Shown here piece after piece: positions 52,357 through 64,000 of a stretch of DNA of 64,000 bases. Location: assembly GCA_009103225.1 (NCBI GenBank), contig RHPI01003762.1, positions 62,001-126,000 on the forward strand, written 5' to 3'. The position numbers and the translations under genes are program-made. Position 1 is the first letter of the stretch. Each line of letters starts with the position of its first letter. The stretch comes from Chlorokybus atmophyticus. Taxonomy: Eukaryota > Plantae > Mesostigma and Chlorokybus algae. The notes beneath the pieces are model-generated. The model was not told the DNA's origin and did not search any database. It saw only the letters and a list, made by a program, of their open reading frames with translations.

Positions 52357-53658
52357 TCACTCGACGGTAACCTGGATACTGTCCTTCTGAGCCTCGGCAC
52401 GCTTTGGGACAGTGATGGTCAGGACGCCGTTGTCCGCCGAGGCCTTAACGTTGTTGGGGTCCGCATCCTTGGGCAGGCGGAAAGAGCGCATGAACTGGCC
52501 CACGGCACGCTCCACACGGCGATAGTTGGACCCCTCATCCACATCCTCCTTCTTCCTCACACCCGACACCGTCAAGACATTGTCCTGAACCTGTTGTTGA
52601 CACTCGTTGTTACTCTCATGCGTACAAGATATGATATCCCTCTGCATGCAGTCAGATAGACTTGTCATCATACTGTTACCTGCACAGTGATGGAGCTCTT
52701 GTCGACGCCGGGGACATCGACCTTGAAGACATACTTGTCCTTGTCCTCAATGACGTCCACAGGAACTTGGGCCAGCATTAGCGCGGAGGCCGTATCCTCG
52801 TCAAGCATCTGCGTGATGGACGGGAACCCGAAGCTACGCTCGATATCGCGCATCAGCCGGTTCATGCTGCACACAGAGAGAGAGAGAGTTGTCATACACC
52901 AAACACAGAGCAGCATCTGGAAGAAGCAAACACACAGATACACACATGCACGCATGCCCACCTCCGTATGGTCCTGTCCACTCCTCCCATTCCAAACGGG
53001 TCCAAGAACAGGTCCGGTAGTCCTCCCGTGGCGGCGAGATCACGATCGCCGCCGCGCCTACGGTCCGGCACGACCGCCCCTCCGCGGCCTCCTCCACGCC
53101 CGCCACCGCGGCCCTCCTGGTCCACGGGGACGTTGGTACCCGTACCCGTGGCGGGAGAGGAAGGGTCCGGGTCGCGCTGGGTGGAAGACATCACAGTCTT
53201 GAAACGGACACCGACCTGCATGTTCAGAATATCAGTCAGTCCATGCCAAACAGTCTCCTTGCCTCTCTGTGGCTGTGTGCGTACATGTGCAACCAGAGCA
53301 GAGTCACACAATCAACCCATGCATGCGTCTCTGAAAAAGTGGTTCCGGTTGTGTAACCAGCAGCAACAGCAAGTGCCAAGCAAGAAAGACCCTTGCACCC
53401 GTGCATGCATGCCCGAAAGACTGGCCCGCGAATTGGTTTGTACTGCATGCATGCAGTAGGCATGGAATTGATACAATCTACACATGCCCTTGCAAAGACG
53501 GCTACACTCAGGCTACTGCTGCTCACCGGTCCGGCCGGAACTCTGAGGGTGTTAGGCAGGTCATTGAGCGCCTTCTTGAGACCGCCGCTGAGGGTGGGTC
53601 TGGCCGCTCGGCTCAGCGCCGCCATCGCCGCCGCTGGAGTCGTCATCGCCGCTGCCAT
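52357..53658 (-). CDS. HSP20: Small heat-shock protein (alpha-crystallin domain) with organellar targeting peptide
   Basis: Four exons (53658-53526, 53217-52965, 52866-52678, 52590-52357). Ala/Arg-rich presequence MAAAMTTPAAAMAALSRAARP; VPVDVIEDKDKYVFKVDVPGV..VQDNVLTVSG..YRRVERAVGQFMRSFRLP..KASADNGVLTITVPK. Confidence 0.95.
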
Positions 53659-53812
53659 CAGCTGGTAGCTAGACGCACCGCAACACCACCAAGCAAGAAG
53701 TCTTGCACTAGCACAAGAGCCCCCCCTCCGCACGCACACACAAGCAGGCTAGGATGCACGCACTCGCACACTCTTGCACGCACGCTGTGGCTGTCTGTGT
53801 TGAGTGCATGTG

Positions 53813-53896
53813 TATTTATAGACGGCCTTGAGTCTCGCTTCATGCATGACGAGGGACAGGCATGGCGTAGAGCAGCAGTCCAGAGGCTTCCAGATA
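53813..53896 (-). promoter_or_regulatory. TATA box and imperfect heat-shock element upstream of the sHSP
   Basis: TATAAATA on the minus strand at 53820-53813; alternating pentamers aGTCc aGAGg cTTCc aGATa at 53877-53896, each with at most one mismatch to nGAAn/nTTCn. Confidence 0.45.
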
Positions 53897-55271
53897 CAAG
53901 GTTATGCAACGACCGTCCAAGAATGCATCTGTGCTATTAGCACACCAGACATGCACGCTTAATCGGAGGCTACAGCACGGCGCATGCACCAGAGAAATGG
54001 ATGCTGTGCAAGAATGCACCTACCCATTCTACACATCACGTGAGACATCTGGACGCAAGTTGCCACGTCGGCATGCTGGTGCAGAGCCGCTACCCGGCTC
54101 CGTGACGCGCTTAGCACAGTTGCGCTCAGTATTGCGGGCGGGTATTGGCGCAAGGAGTCTCTGACGGCGGGGCGGGTGTCAGAGTCAGCCGGCGACGAAC
54201 GTAACGTAACGGGACGTCCTGAGCGTTCCGGATTGTTCAGCCTGCGGCCTGAATGCCGTGTCTGGAGCGTTCGATGATGCTGAGATCGGAAGGTCTGGTC
54301 ACCGCTTGCGCAGGGGATATACGGCACGCGCAGGATATATCGAACGAGTAAGGCCATACGGCTTATGTCGCGACAAGCGAAGCGAGTGCGACTTAAGCCG
54401 TTTCCCCGCCAAATCGAGTTCGATATACTTATCGTACTTATCGAATGGGCCATGCGATAGGGCCCTGCAAATTCTCATGTCGATGCCTCCTCTGACGCAA
54501 GTCTTGTGTCAGAGGAGAACTCAATACAGCGGATGTCAACTGCAAATCGGACGGTTAATATTGATTTGGGAATAGACCATTCGATAATATGCGGCATAAT
54601 ATATGGCACGGCTTCGTAACTGGCAGAGCATCATGGATATTCGGACGATGAGGTACTTCATGGGAAGATTGCACACACAAGAACTATACATAAATTGGAC
54701 TTTAACTTTCCTCCCCCCTTCCTTTGAGCCGCTGGTGCTACAAAAAGGTGGGGTGGAGTGGTTGGGTGCACCGTGCACGTGCTCGTAAATGTTGATGGTG
54801 TACAATAAGTGTTAACACAGGCAATGACATATTGCATTGCCGGTATTCTTACGCACTTTGTAGCGTTGCATGCATGAAACTTGTTGCAACACATGCATTA
54901 CTTGGTGGACTCCGGGTTTCATGATATAAATTGCTTATATACATGATATCTTTCATAATGTTACAAATTGTATAATTTCCATTGTAATAATGACAATAGG
55001 GTTATATCATGGTCTGTATGGCATATACATGCGTGTACATACACTGTCATATCATGGTAACAGACCTTCCCGTATTGTATCTTAAGCTTCAAGCTTTAAG
55101 TGCACGTCATCAAAAATGTTTGGCTTTTGCATCGGGCCCTTCACCATGTGTGTTGCCACGTGTAACGAGTTATAAGTGGGTTCCATTTTAAAAATTAAAA
55201 TAAGCGCATTATTTACAACGTTTCCTTGCGAAGTTACCACCTGTAATAGACAAAGTAAGTTGACAAGGTGC

Positions 55272-55354
55272 ATTTACTTGACGTTGCAGCGAGCTGTTAT
55301 TGGCATGCGGGTGCATGCATGCTTAATGACAGCTCGCTGCAACGTTAAGTAAAT
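55272..55354 (+). ncRNA. Candidate miRNA-precursor-like hairpin (or tiny palindromic element)
   Basis: 30-bp stem ATTTACTTGACGTTGCAGCGAGCTGTTATT / AATGACAGCTCGCTGCAACGTTAAGTAAAT; the only non-Watson-Crick pairs are two G-U on the + strand; inner GCATGC/GCATGC extends the stem. The structure is certain, RNA function is not shown. Confidence 0.4.
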
Positions 55355-55899
55355 ATTGCGTACAAGCTTGATCTGTCAATAAGCATGCGCGTGCATTTAT
55401 CAGTTCATCAAGTACTTGTTATTAAGAGCTACAACAGCGTACGAGGCTGAATGCATCACTCTTTTATCCCATCAGCAAAACATCTTAATCGAATAATATT
55501 GATAAACAAGTGAAAAAAACAATAAACAATAAAATAGCATACAGGTAAAAGCGTAGGATATGGTTTGCTAATGCCCGATATGGCTTTTACATGACTACCT
55601 ACTGCGCCACACAACCTGGGATTGCTTGTTGCTTGTATTTAATTTGCCTTCTGTTGTGCTTAAAAATCTCATTAGCAATGTTGTTGATAACAATCGAATC
55701 GAATCTTGTAATTTGTCGACATTATCCATGGCATGAAAGCATAGCCCCGTGCTTCGTGCATCTCAATCGCGACGGAATAAGTTTAAGTTGCTACATTATT
55801 GTTTGCTAGGACTTACACTTTGGCTGCTGAATGAGTATTGTTGTGAACGTTTACATACTTACGTGTATCACAGTTTCCTTCACGATCGCATTTTCAATT

Positions 55900-58460
55900 G
55901 GACTTTCACGTTCAGCTGATCCTTTCATGTAAGCACAAGCAAATTCAAGCCATGTGTATCGGTTCATCCGGCTACACTTGAAAACTTCATCGCCTAAATC
56001 ATCGCAAGTGTTCCGTTTTTGCAAGTGTAGGGATGGCATTTTGCATAGAGCCACTTTTGTCAACCACATCTACGTCATCATTTTCCTCTTCCTCTTGCTC
56101 TTGCTCTGCATTAAACTCAATTTCCACAGCACCCGTTGATGTCTCTTCCTCGCTCTTGTCCTCCGTTTGCAACGTGATGGAGTGCAAAAGCTCATCAATT
56201 GTAATAGTGGCTGCAGCATGAGCACTAGCAACAATAGTGGGGTGCAGAAGTGCAGGCGCGCGCGGTGATAGTGCGGAAGAACTCGGACTTGGTGAGTCAT
56301 GTGTGCCACATTGAGCTCCATTGAATGTGCATATGCGTGCTCCGCATCTTCATCCTTTTCAACTTTCACCTTCTCCTGCAAGAGACAGTTGGTTTCATGC
56401 TGCCTTTCAAGCAAGTCTCATGGTATGCCAACCACAACAACACAGCAACTGACATGCTCTTCCATGGCATGCGGGGCCACTTGATGCGTGCGCGGGTTGC
56501 CAAAGCAGCCGCCCCAGCCGGCGCAAACACCTACGAGCTTTTAGCCATCATCCGCGCCTGCACGAGTGAGTGATTGTTGGTATGTGTTCTATTACACATG
56601 CGTGTGTGTGCATGTGTGCGCGTGCGTATGCATACTATGCCCTCCTTGTCCATGTAGCGCTTAAGCGCCTGGCAGCGTGAGAGTCTCCATCAACTTCCGC
56701 ACCTGTTGTTGTCGCATGCAACGCATGAAATGAAGGCTTTGCTTTCGTGTGTGTTTAAGGTGCGCAAGCGGTTGTGACGCACGCACGCACGTGCACATTT
56801 ACATACTAAGTGCCACACAGAGAGCTTGTGGCACTGCGTGTCACACAGCACCAGGCAGCCTTCCACTACAACAACAACAACACTCACAGCTCCTTACCCT
56901 CCTGTTCCCTTTGGCTTTCGCTAGCAGCGCAGATACCATCTCCGCCAGCTGTCTCTACAGCGCGTACCACATGGCAAATATCTGTATGGTGAGTGACGCT
57001 CCTTGAAGTGCGAGCATAGTTGTCCGGACACGATTCTCATTGATGGGCACTTTAGAAGAAGAAAAGAGTAGAAGCAAAGCGGCGCAGAGGAACGTGTTGA
57101 AGTCACACGCCATCGATTGAGAGGGTCTCCACGGCCTACGTCACGCGGTCGATGAACGGCAACGCGATGAGGTAACACCATTGGAAGGCTGTGAGTAACA
57201 ATAGGAAGCCGAGCTGACTCCACCCTGTGCGTGGCTACGTGAAGGGTGAGTTATTGTTGTGGTGGTGAGTTGTGTCGTCAGTGCGCACCTTGTTGGGAGT
57301 TGCCGTAGGCGCCCTTGAGGACGCATTTCATGAGGCCAAGGGCGATGTAGAACGTGCGCGCGTAGTGGTACTCCACGCGAGTCTGGTTCGTCATCCTCAC
57401 CTGCGCACAGAGACACAATCCCTATAACACAACGCATTGTGCACACGCAAACACTGGCGCACGCGCTCTTTTGTGTGAAAGCGTGCGCGTGCGTGCGTGC
57501 GTGCGTGTACTTGTCGTCGTCATCATGGATATTGTCACCCTTGCTGTCGATGTGCTGAACCGCATTCCACCCGTACGCGCGCGTGTGTTCTTGACCACCG
57601 CATATTCCTTCGGTGAGTGCAAACAAGTTTATGGTTGTGCCCACTCAGTTGGATATCATTCTGGACCTCACTTGGAGTCTTCCTGTTTTGGGACTAGCGT
57701 TGCATGTTGTGTCTCAACAACCGGCCCATTCGCACTGGCACCCTTCTCTTTGACGCAAACAGGCCCAATGAAGTCTAATCATCACATCAAACATCAGCAA
57801 CAAGCGCACCAGCAACTCGTAGTGCAGAGTTTCTCTTCACATGTGCGTATGCGTGCGTGCATGCTCACTTGTGCATGTATAACAGCACCAAGTATACCTG
57901 CAAACAGTATCCCGTTTCGGTCCACAAACTTCTCATCCTCATTGTGATTACTCTTTTTGCCTCCTTCAACAACAGCCCAGTCGGCCTTGCATCTCTTTCT
58001 CACGAGCACGCGCATCACCCTCTCAAGGATTGAGGTGTTGCCTCCTTTATGGTCGTCATCGTCGTCCTCGTGTAGCACGAAGCGCGCGCGCGGTCCCCGT
58101 GAAGCACCTGACGCCACACGAACACCGCAGTGAAGGCCAGGAAGGCCACCAGGTAGAGGATGAGGACAACCACACCCGCAACAGCACCGCCGACCGGACC
58201 ACCTGCACAACGACGTGTGGGTGGGTGGGTGGGTGCGGGTGGGTGTGACATGGTAGCGCTCACGGACCTCTGATGATGATCATCACGCACGCTTGCGTGA
58301 CGCCCGTGAGGCCGAGCATGAGCAGGAAGAGCTTGGTTCGGGGGAAGAGCATGATGCGGGGGAGAGGCTTAGCCACCCATCTGGAGAGGGTATGAAGAGT
58401 TGGGACGCAAACCACTTGCGCACACACTCATCTCAGAGTGGACGCACTCCAAGTCACCCA
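55900..58460 (-). pseudogene. Inverted pseudogene copy of the 3' part of the adjacent At3g48200-like gene
   Basis: Exon-by-exon homology to 59880-62890 (IMLFPRTKLFLLMLGLTGVTQA; ADWAVVEGGKK..GILFAG; NQTRVEYHYARTFYIAL; GWSQLGFLL..). In-frame TAG stops at ~57138-57136 and 56957-56955, a 4-nt insertion near 57115, GC-slippage frameshift near 58085, and a truncated acidic exon. Confidence 0.9.
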
Positions 58461-58471
58461 CTCACGCACGC

Positions 58472-58507
<36 letters not shown>

Positions 58508-58515
58508 CTCCCCAG

Positions 58516-61500
58516 ACACCACGCCCCCCAAGATCAGCATCACCTCCACCTTCTCTCGTCTCAAGTCCCCCGACCCCGACATCGGCTTCTTTCTCGCGTT
58601 CACCGAGCCCGTGATCGACTTCTCCCTGGCATCCATCAACCCCACCCTCCTCGGCAACGTGACGGGCTTTTATGCGGTGGATGCGAGTGGGTATGGCGTG
58701 CGCGTGATGGCGGAGAGGGAGGAGAGCGTGAGGGTGAGGGTGGCTGCGGATGTGTGCAGGGACCGAGCCGGGAATGGGAATGAGGCGTCGGAGGAGGTTA
58801 CCATCACGACATGCGAGAGAGAAATGCGTTGTTGTAGTGTTGAAGAGAGGTGCTGGTACTCGTCGACGCGTGTTGGTGTGATGTCGTGTTTCCCCTTCCC
58901 CTGCAGATGCTGTGTCGGCGGGGGCTTCTGCTGCCATATCAGCCGCGTTGACGACCGTCGCGGCTACGGTGCGAATGTGGATGCGTGCCGAAGTATAGGG
59001 TTAGTTACAACACGCACACATATGTGTCACGCTGATTCGTGTGCTTACGCAGGTGGGTGCGGCGGTTGCGGCTGCGGCCGCGGGTGTGGTGGCGGGCGGT
59101 GGTGGTGGCGGAGCAGGTGGGTTTGATGTGGCATTGACACAACAACGGTATGACAAGCATCATACGGATGCACACATTGTTGCAGCTTTTGATCAGTTAT
59201 GATGGTCACGCAGCGAGCGGGGCGGCTGCGGGTGCTGGTGCGGGCGGTGGTGCAACGATGGTGAGCAGTAACCACATCACCTTTGTATAGTTAACACATC
59301 CACATGCACAACAACAGATGCATATGTGATGCAACACGTGTCAGCGCTGCACTCATACGCAGGGTATGGCGGTCGTCGTCGTCTTCTAAGCGACATCCCT
59401 CTCTACGCCCTCCACACCACCGCGCCGTCCCCCTCCCCCTCCCCCTCCCCCCACCGCGCACACCTCCGCCTCCTCTTCCAGGGCTCTGGCGCCAACAAGT
59501 CTGACGACGATGCCTCTGCGATCGCGGACAGCCACCTCACCCTCCTATCGGACGAGAGCAGGGAGCAGAAGACCGAGGCCGCGCTCACGTCCTTCCTGGG
59601 AGGGTGGAGGGGCTTGTGAAGGTCATGTTCCGGGCCGCGATGGTGTTTGGAGTGGTCGCTGTCGTGCACTGCTGCTTCCTGTCGTGGGCGTGGAACAGGT
59701 GGGGACGTGCGTGCGTGCGTGCGTGCGTGGATGTGTATGTGTGCACGGGTGCATCCATGCATGAGTGTGTGCGCATGCGTTTGGCGTGCGTGTGCATAAG
59801 ACTGATTGCGCTGGGTCCAGTCTGAGGGAGACAAGTGTGTGTGTGTGTGTGCGTGTGTGTGTGTGTCAATACTTTGATGAGATTACACGTCTTTCTGCTC
59901 CTCCGCAGATGGGTGGCCAAGTCCCTTCCCGGCATCATGCTCTTCCCCCGAACCGAGCTCTTTCTACTCATGCTCGGCCTCATGGGCGTCACGCAAGCAA
60001 GCGTGATCATCATCAGAGGTCCGAGGTCCGAGGGCACTACCATATCGTAGGCACACGCACGCGCACACACATGTTGTGCAGGTGGGACAGCCGGTGGTGC
60101 GATTGCGGGCGTGGTAGCCCTCGTCCTGTACCCTGTGGCCTTCCTGGCCTTGATTGCGCGGTGTTCGTGTGGCGTCAGGTGCTTCACGGCGACCGCGCGC
60201 TCTTCGTACTTGAGGAGGAGGACGACGATGACAACGACAGCAAGGGCAACACCTCCCTGCACGAGCGGGTCCTGCGCGCACTCAGGGGAGGCTGATTGGG
60301 CCGTTGTTGAGGGAGGAGGAAAGAAAAATAATAGCAACGATGATGAGAAGTTTGTCAATCGATACGGGATACTATTCGCAGGTACACTTGGTGCTGTTGT
60401 ACACACAAGCAATCACGTGCACGCGTGCGCATGAATGTACACTCAAACCTAAAGAGTCTCTACTACAACTTGATGCTGGTGTGCATTGTCGCTGATGGTT
60501 TCCTGATGTTTCCTTTATCAGACTTCATCGGGCCTGTTTGCATCGAAGAGAAGAGTGCTGTGAATGGGTTGGTTGAGACACAACAAGCACAAGTCCACCA
60601 ACAGGAAGACTCCAAGTGAGAATGTCGACTCACTGAGTGCGCACAACAACGAGGTTGTTTTGACCTCATCTGATTGGGTGTGCAGCGGTCAAGAACAGGT
60701 GCACGCATACAGTTGAAATGTGTCTCAGCACACCGACAGCCAGCCAGCCAAACAACATCAAGGGTGACAGTATTAACGACGACGACGACGAGTACACGCA
60801 CTCCCATCGCGCTATGCACCCTATAGACAGCAGCTCGGATCAAGACGAGTCAAAGTCAGACGAGGGGAAGCACACGAAAAAGCACGAGAGTGACTCATCA
60901 AGCACAGTTGTGGACATGCAAGATGCAATGTCTTTGAATGCCGATCCCACATCGTTCAGTTATGCCCCAAAGGCCACGCAAGCGGGAGGGTCGGCGTTCA
61001 AGCCTGCCCCGATGCTGCCGCAAGCCAACATGGCGGCGGATAACATGATCACAGTCAGGACCAAAGACGGTGGCTACCAGGTGCGTGTGCATATGTGGAC
61101 ATGTGTCTGTGCGTGCGTCCTGATCGGTGCGTGTATGTTGTACGGTTGGCGGGTATCCTGATAGCGTGTGCGCGCGCGTGTTTGGGCTTGTATGCGCTGG
61201 TGCATGTGCGTGCATGCGTGTACGGGCAGGCACTCACTGACATGTAGAGACGCGCGGGCCCATGTGAGGTATGCGCGTACACAATTAGTTGTGTTACAAG
61301 AGTTGTGTCCGTGTGTGCAGGTGCAGATCAAGAACCAGACGCGTGTGGAGTACCACTATGCGCGCACGTTCTACATCGCGCTCGACCTCGTGAAACGCAT
61401 CATCACGGGCGTCCTCATGGGCGCCTACGGCAACTCACAACAAGGTGCGCACCGACGATACAACTCACCACCACCACCACAACAACTTTTCAATCTTCTC

Positions 61501-62808
61501 ATACACGCCCAGGTTGGAGTCAGCTCGGCTTTCTTTTGTCGTTCACGACATTCCAGTGGTGTTACCTCATCACTCTGAAGCCGTTCATCGACCGCGTGAC
61601 GCAGGCCGTGGAGACTCTCTCCATGGCGTGCGACCTCGGCACGTTCCCATGCGCTGCTCTGCTTCTGCTCTCATCTTCCTCCAAAGTGGCAATTGATGAG
61701 AACCGCGTCGGGACAGCTATGCTCGCACTCCAGGGTGCCTCACTCACCATACAGATACTCGCCATGTGGTATGCACTGTGGAAACAGCTGGCGGAGATGG
61801 TACCCGCGCTTCTAGCCAAAGCAAGAGAGAACAGGAGGGTAAGGCGCAGTGGGGAGTGCCTGGTGATGTGTGTGTGTGTATGTGTGACATGCGCAGTGTC
61901 ACACAGCCTCTGGGTGGCAATTTGCGTGGGTCGCGTATTGTGCGTGTGGGCGTCTCTTTGTGGGTTGCGTGGGCAATATGCATGGGTGCATGGGTGCGCA
62001 CGCGCGCGCGCACGTGTATGCAACTACACACAAAGGCAACAGCATTCTCACGAACGTGTCTCACACATTGCTTCACATGACAACAACAGGTGCGGACAGT
62101 GATGGACATCCTCGCACCGAGGGCGCTCAAGCGCTACATGGACAAGGAGCGCATAGTACGCTTGCACGGACCCACACGCATGTGCACACATGCACGTGCG
62201 CAGTACCACATAGCAACAGCATCCATTCACTCGTGGAGGTGCAGATGATGGCTAAGTGCTCACAGGCATTCACGCCAGCTGGCAGGGCTGCTACTGCTGC
62301 TGCTATGCCAAATCCACGCAGGGACCAAGTGGCCCCACATGCCACGAAGGAGCATGTCAGTTGCCATATGATAAATTGCATGTCATCAGATTTTTTTGAG
62401 AGGAGAGATGAAACTAACAGTCTCTTGCAGGTGGAGGCAACGAGTGAAGAGAAACATGAACAGCAACATGAAGTCCGGGAGCACGCCACCACCATGCTAC
62501 TACCCACTCTAAGTGTATCACAAGACGTGTCGAGTCCGGTGGTTGCAGCCGCACCGTCACCGCGCGCGCCCGCGCAACTGCACCCCACCACCACTACTGT
62601 TGCTGGTGATAATACTGCAGCCATTGCCACAATGGAGGAGCCTTCCCCCTCCACGTTTAAGTTGAGGTCTGACAGCGAGGAGGTATTGCCGGATTTTATA
62701 AATATCGAGTTCACCATGGAGCAACAAGAAGAAAATGAAGATGATCACGTGCTTGATGATGATGACATAGGCAAGGGCTCCATGCAAAGTGTCATCCCTA
62801 CACGTTAA
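58516..62808 (+). pseudogene. At3g48200-like protein (bacterial Ig-like domain plus TRP-like multi-TM region); lacks a visible 5' end and carries frameshifts, so a pseudogene or a locally mis-assembled gene
   Basis: Ig-like exon DTTPPKISI..FTEPV..F..V.VAADVCRDRAGNGNEAS; GWRG(L)VKVMFRAA; LPGIMLFPRTELFLLMLG; YYARTFYIALDLVKRII; FQWCYLITLKPFIDRVTQAVE. Frameshifts at ~59610, ~60157 and ~60287; GC donor at 58813; phase clash (0 vs 1) between exons ending ~59270 and starting ~59362; no upstream ATG exon found. Confidence 0.75.
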
Positions 62809-63947
62809 AAGGTTAAACACTTGCAATCTGAACGACATAATTCTCAAGTGCCGGGTGAACCAATGTATGTGGCTTAAATCTGCCTCAGCGTACTTATAAG
62901 TTACCTTGAAACAATGTTATTGCACACTATGTGGTCTTGATGGTACTTTCGTCGTGGTCGCCATGTTAAGCATATCAACCCATAATGATAAGAGACGTGA
63001 AGTTTAAGTGCATTCATTGGCATACATTGATGAACCTTTTTCTTAAACCTTGTCACAGCATGCTTCTTGCTATCGATTATGATGTCGTCGAGATTGTTGA
63101 CATCTCATATACAACAATGCAAACATTGCAAGCTACGGGCAGAGATAGGCTTGTCTAGAGAGATATCATCAACTTGATCATAAATGAGTGCATCATGTGT
63201 ACTCTGTGCGTATACGAAGATCAAAAGGGTAATCGCTGGCATGCACACATTGTGTGCGTGCGCGCGAGCGCGCGCAAAAAAGTTGAGTAGGCATTGGTAT
63301 TTAACATATGTATGCACACGTGTGCGTGTACAGAGGGAGATGCATCATATGGGAGAGATGGACCATACATCTGCATATTCATATAAATAAACAAAGATAT
63401 ACAGATATAGTTATATATGCATATGTATAGAGATATACACACTTATATGCAATCAAATACAATAACGCACACAATGATACCAACTGTACTTGTGTGTGTG
63501 CGTGTGTGACTATCATTATGAAATGTGCACAACCCATGTCATATGTGCAAATACGTGCGAGCCATTGAATGTGCACATACGTGTTATTCAAGCATTTGTA
63601 TACCATAACGTACGCTATCATCTAACTTAGTAGTAAGTTACAGTTTTATTGTTGAATTGTCAACTACTTTTTGATGCATTTATGATAGTAGCATGTATAT
63701 CGAATCAATGAACATTGCTATAATCAAGGGAGGCATTCCGATGATTGTTAATGTACACGTATATATGGAAAATTTCAGAGGTTTGGAATACAAGCAGATG
63801 CTAGGCAATGAGAAGCAAAAGACAAAGCCACAATGACCAACACACATACACGCTAGCCACATAAGCTCAACTAGCTAACTATAGCCTAAGTTAGGCTAGG
63901 GCCCATGTGCGTGCAAGTGTAAGTGCAAGGCAGGACTGGCAAGCAAG

Positions 63948-63982
63948 ATGGCGGCAATCAAGCGAAAGGTTGTGCTTGTAGC
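63948..63982 (+). CDS. Probable first exon of the next gene (MAAIKRKVVLVA..), product unresolved
   Basis: AAGATGGCG start context, GC|GTAAG donor at 63983, GC-rich context after an AT-rich spacer. Only 11-12 codons are visible. Confidence 0.45.
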
Positions 63983-64000
63983 GTAAGAGAGGAGAGGATA

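Noticed and set aside
63948-63982. MAAIKRKVVLV resembles the RhoA N-terminus (MAAIRKKLVIVGDG)
   Set aside because: The next codon is Ala (GCN), not Gly; a universal-stress-protein-like VAVD start is equally possible, and too little sequence is visible to call.

Overview
Eukaryotic, intron-rich nuclear DNA with GT-AG introns full of (GT/GC/CA)n tracts. The gene set points to an early-diverging streptophyte alga (inference: QALGGH zinc finger, plant-type RING-PHD-2xBRCT BRCA1/BARD1, At3g48200-like protein; Chlorokybus/Mesostigma-like). Most entries in the ORF track are translated microsatellites, so gene models were rebuilt by hand from splice signals, reading phase and family motifs. Genes from left to right: 5' end of a membrane-anchored protein (-), VPS8 (+), PDIA6/PDIL2 (-), NUDT20/24-like Nudix (+), PIG-X/PBN1 (-), BRCA1/BARD1 (+), P5A-ATPase (-), QALGGH C2H2 factor (+), a 2xBRCT protein with a BAH-like C-terminus (-), TRAPPC9/TRS120 (+), organellar small HSP (-), a decayed inverted pair of At3g48200-like Ig/multi-TM genes, and the first exon of a further gene. 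I found no tRNA, rRNA, CRISPR array or autonomous transposase, and no clear multi-gene novel system. The best leads are: two independent cases of a gene's 3' end copied in inverted orientation just upstream of that same gene, the BRCT-BRCT-BAH-like architecture, two strong fold-back hairpins, and a ~55-62 bp dispersed element with inverted-repeat ends in gene 3' flanks. Exon coordinates are manual and unverified.
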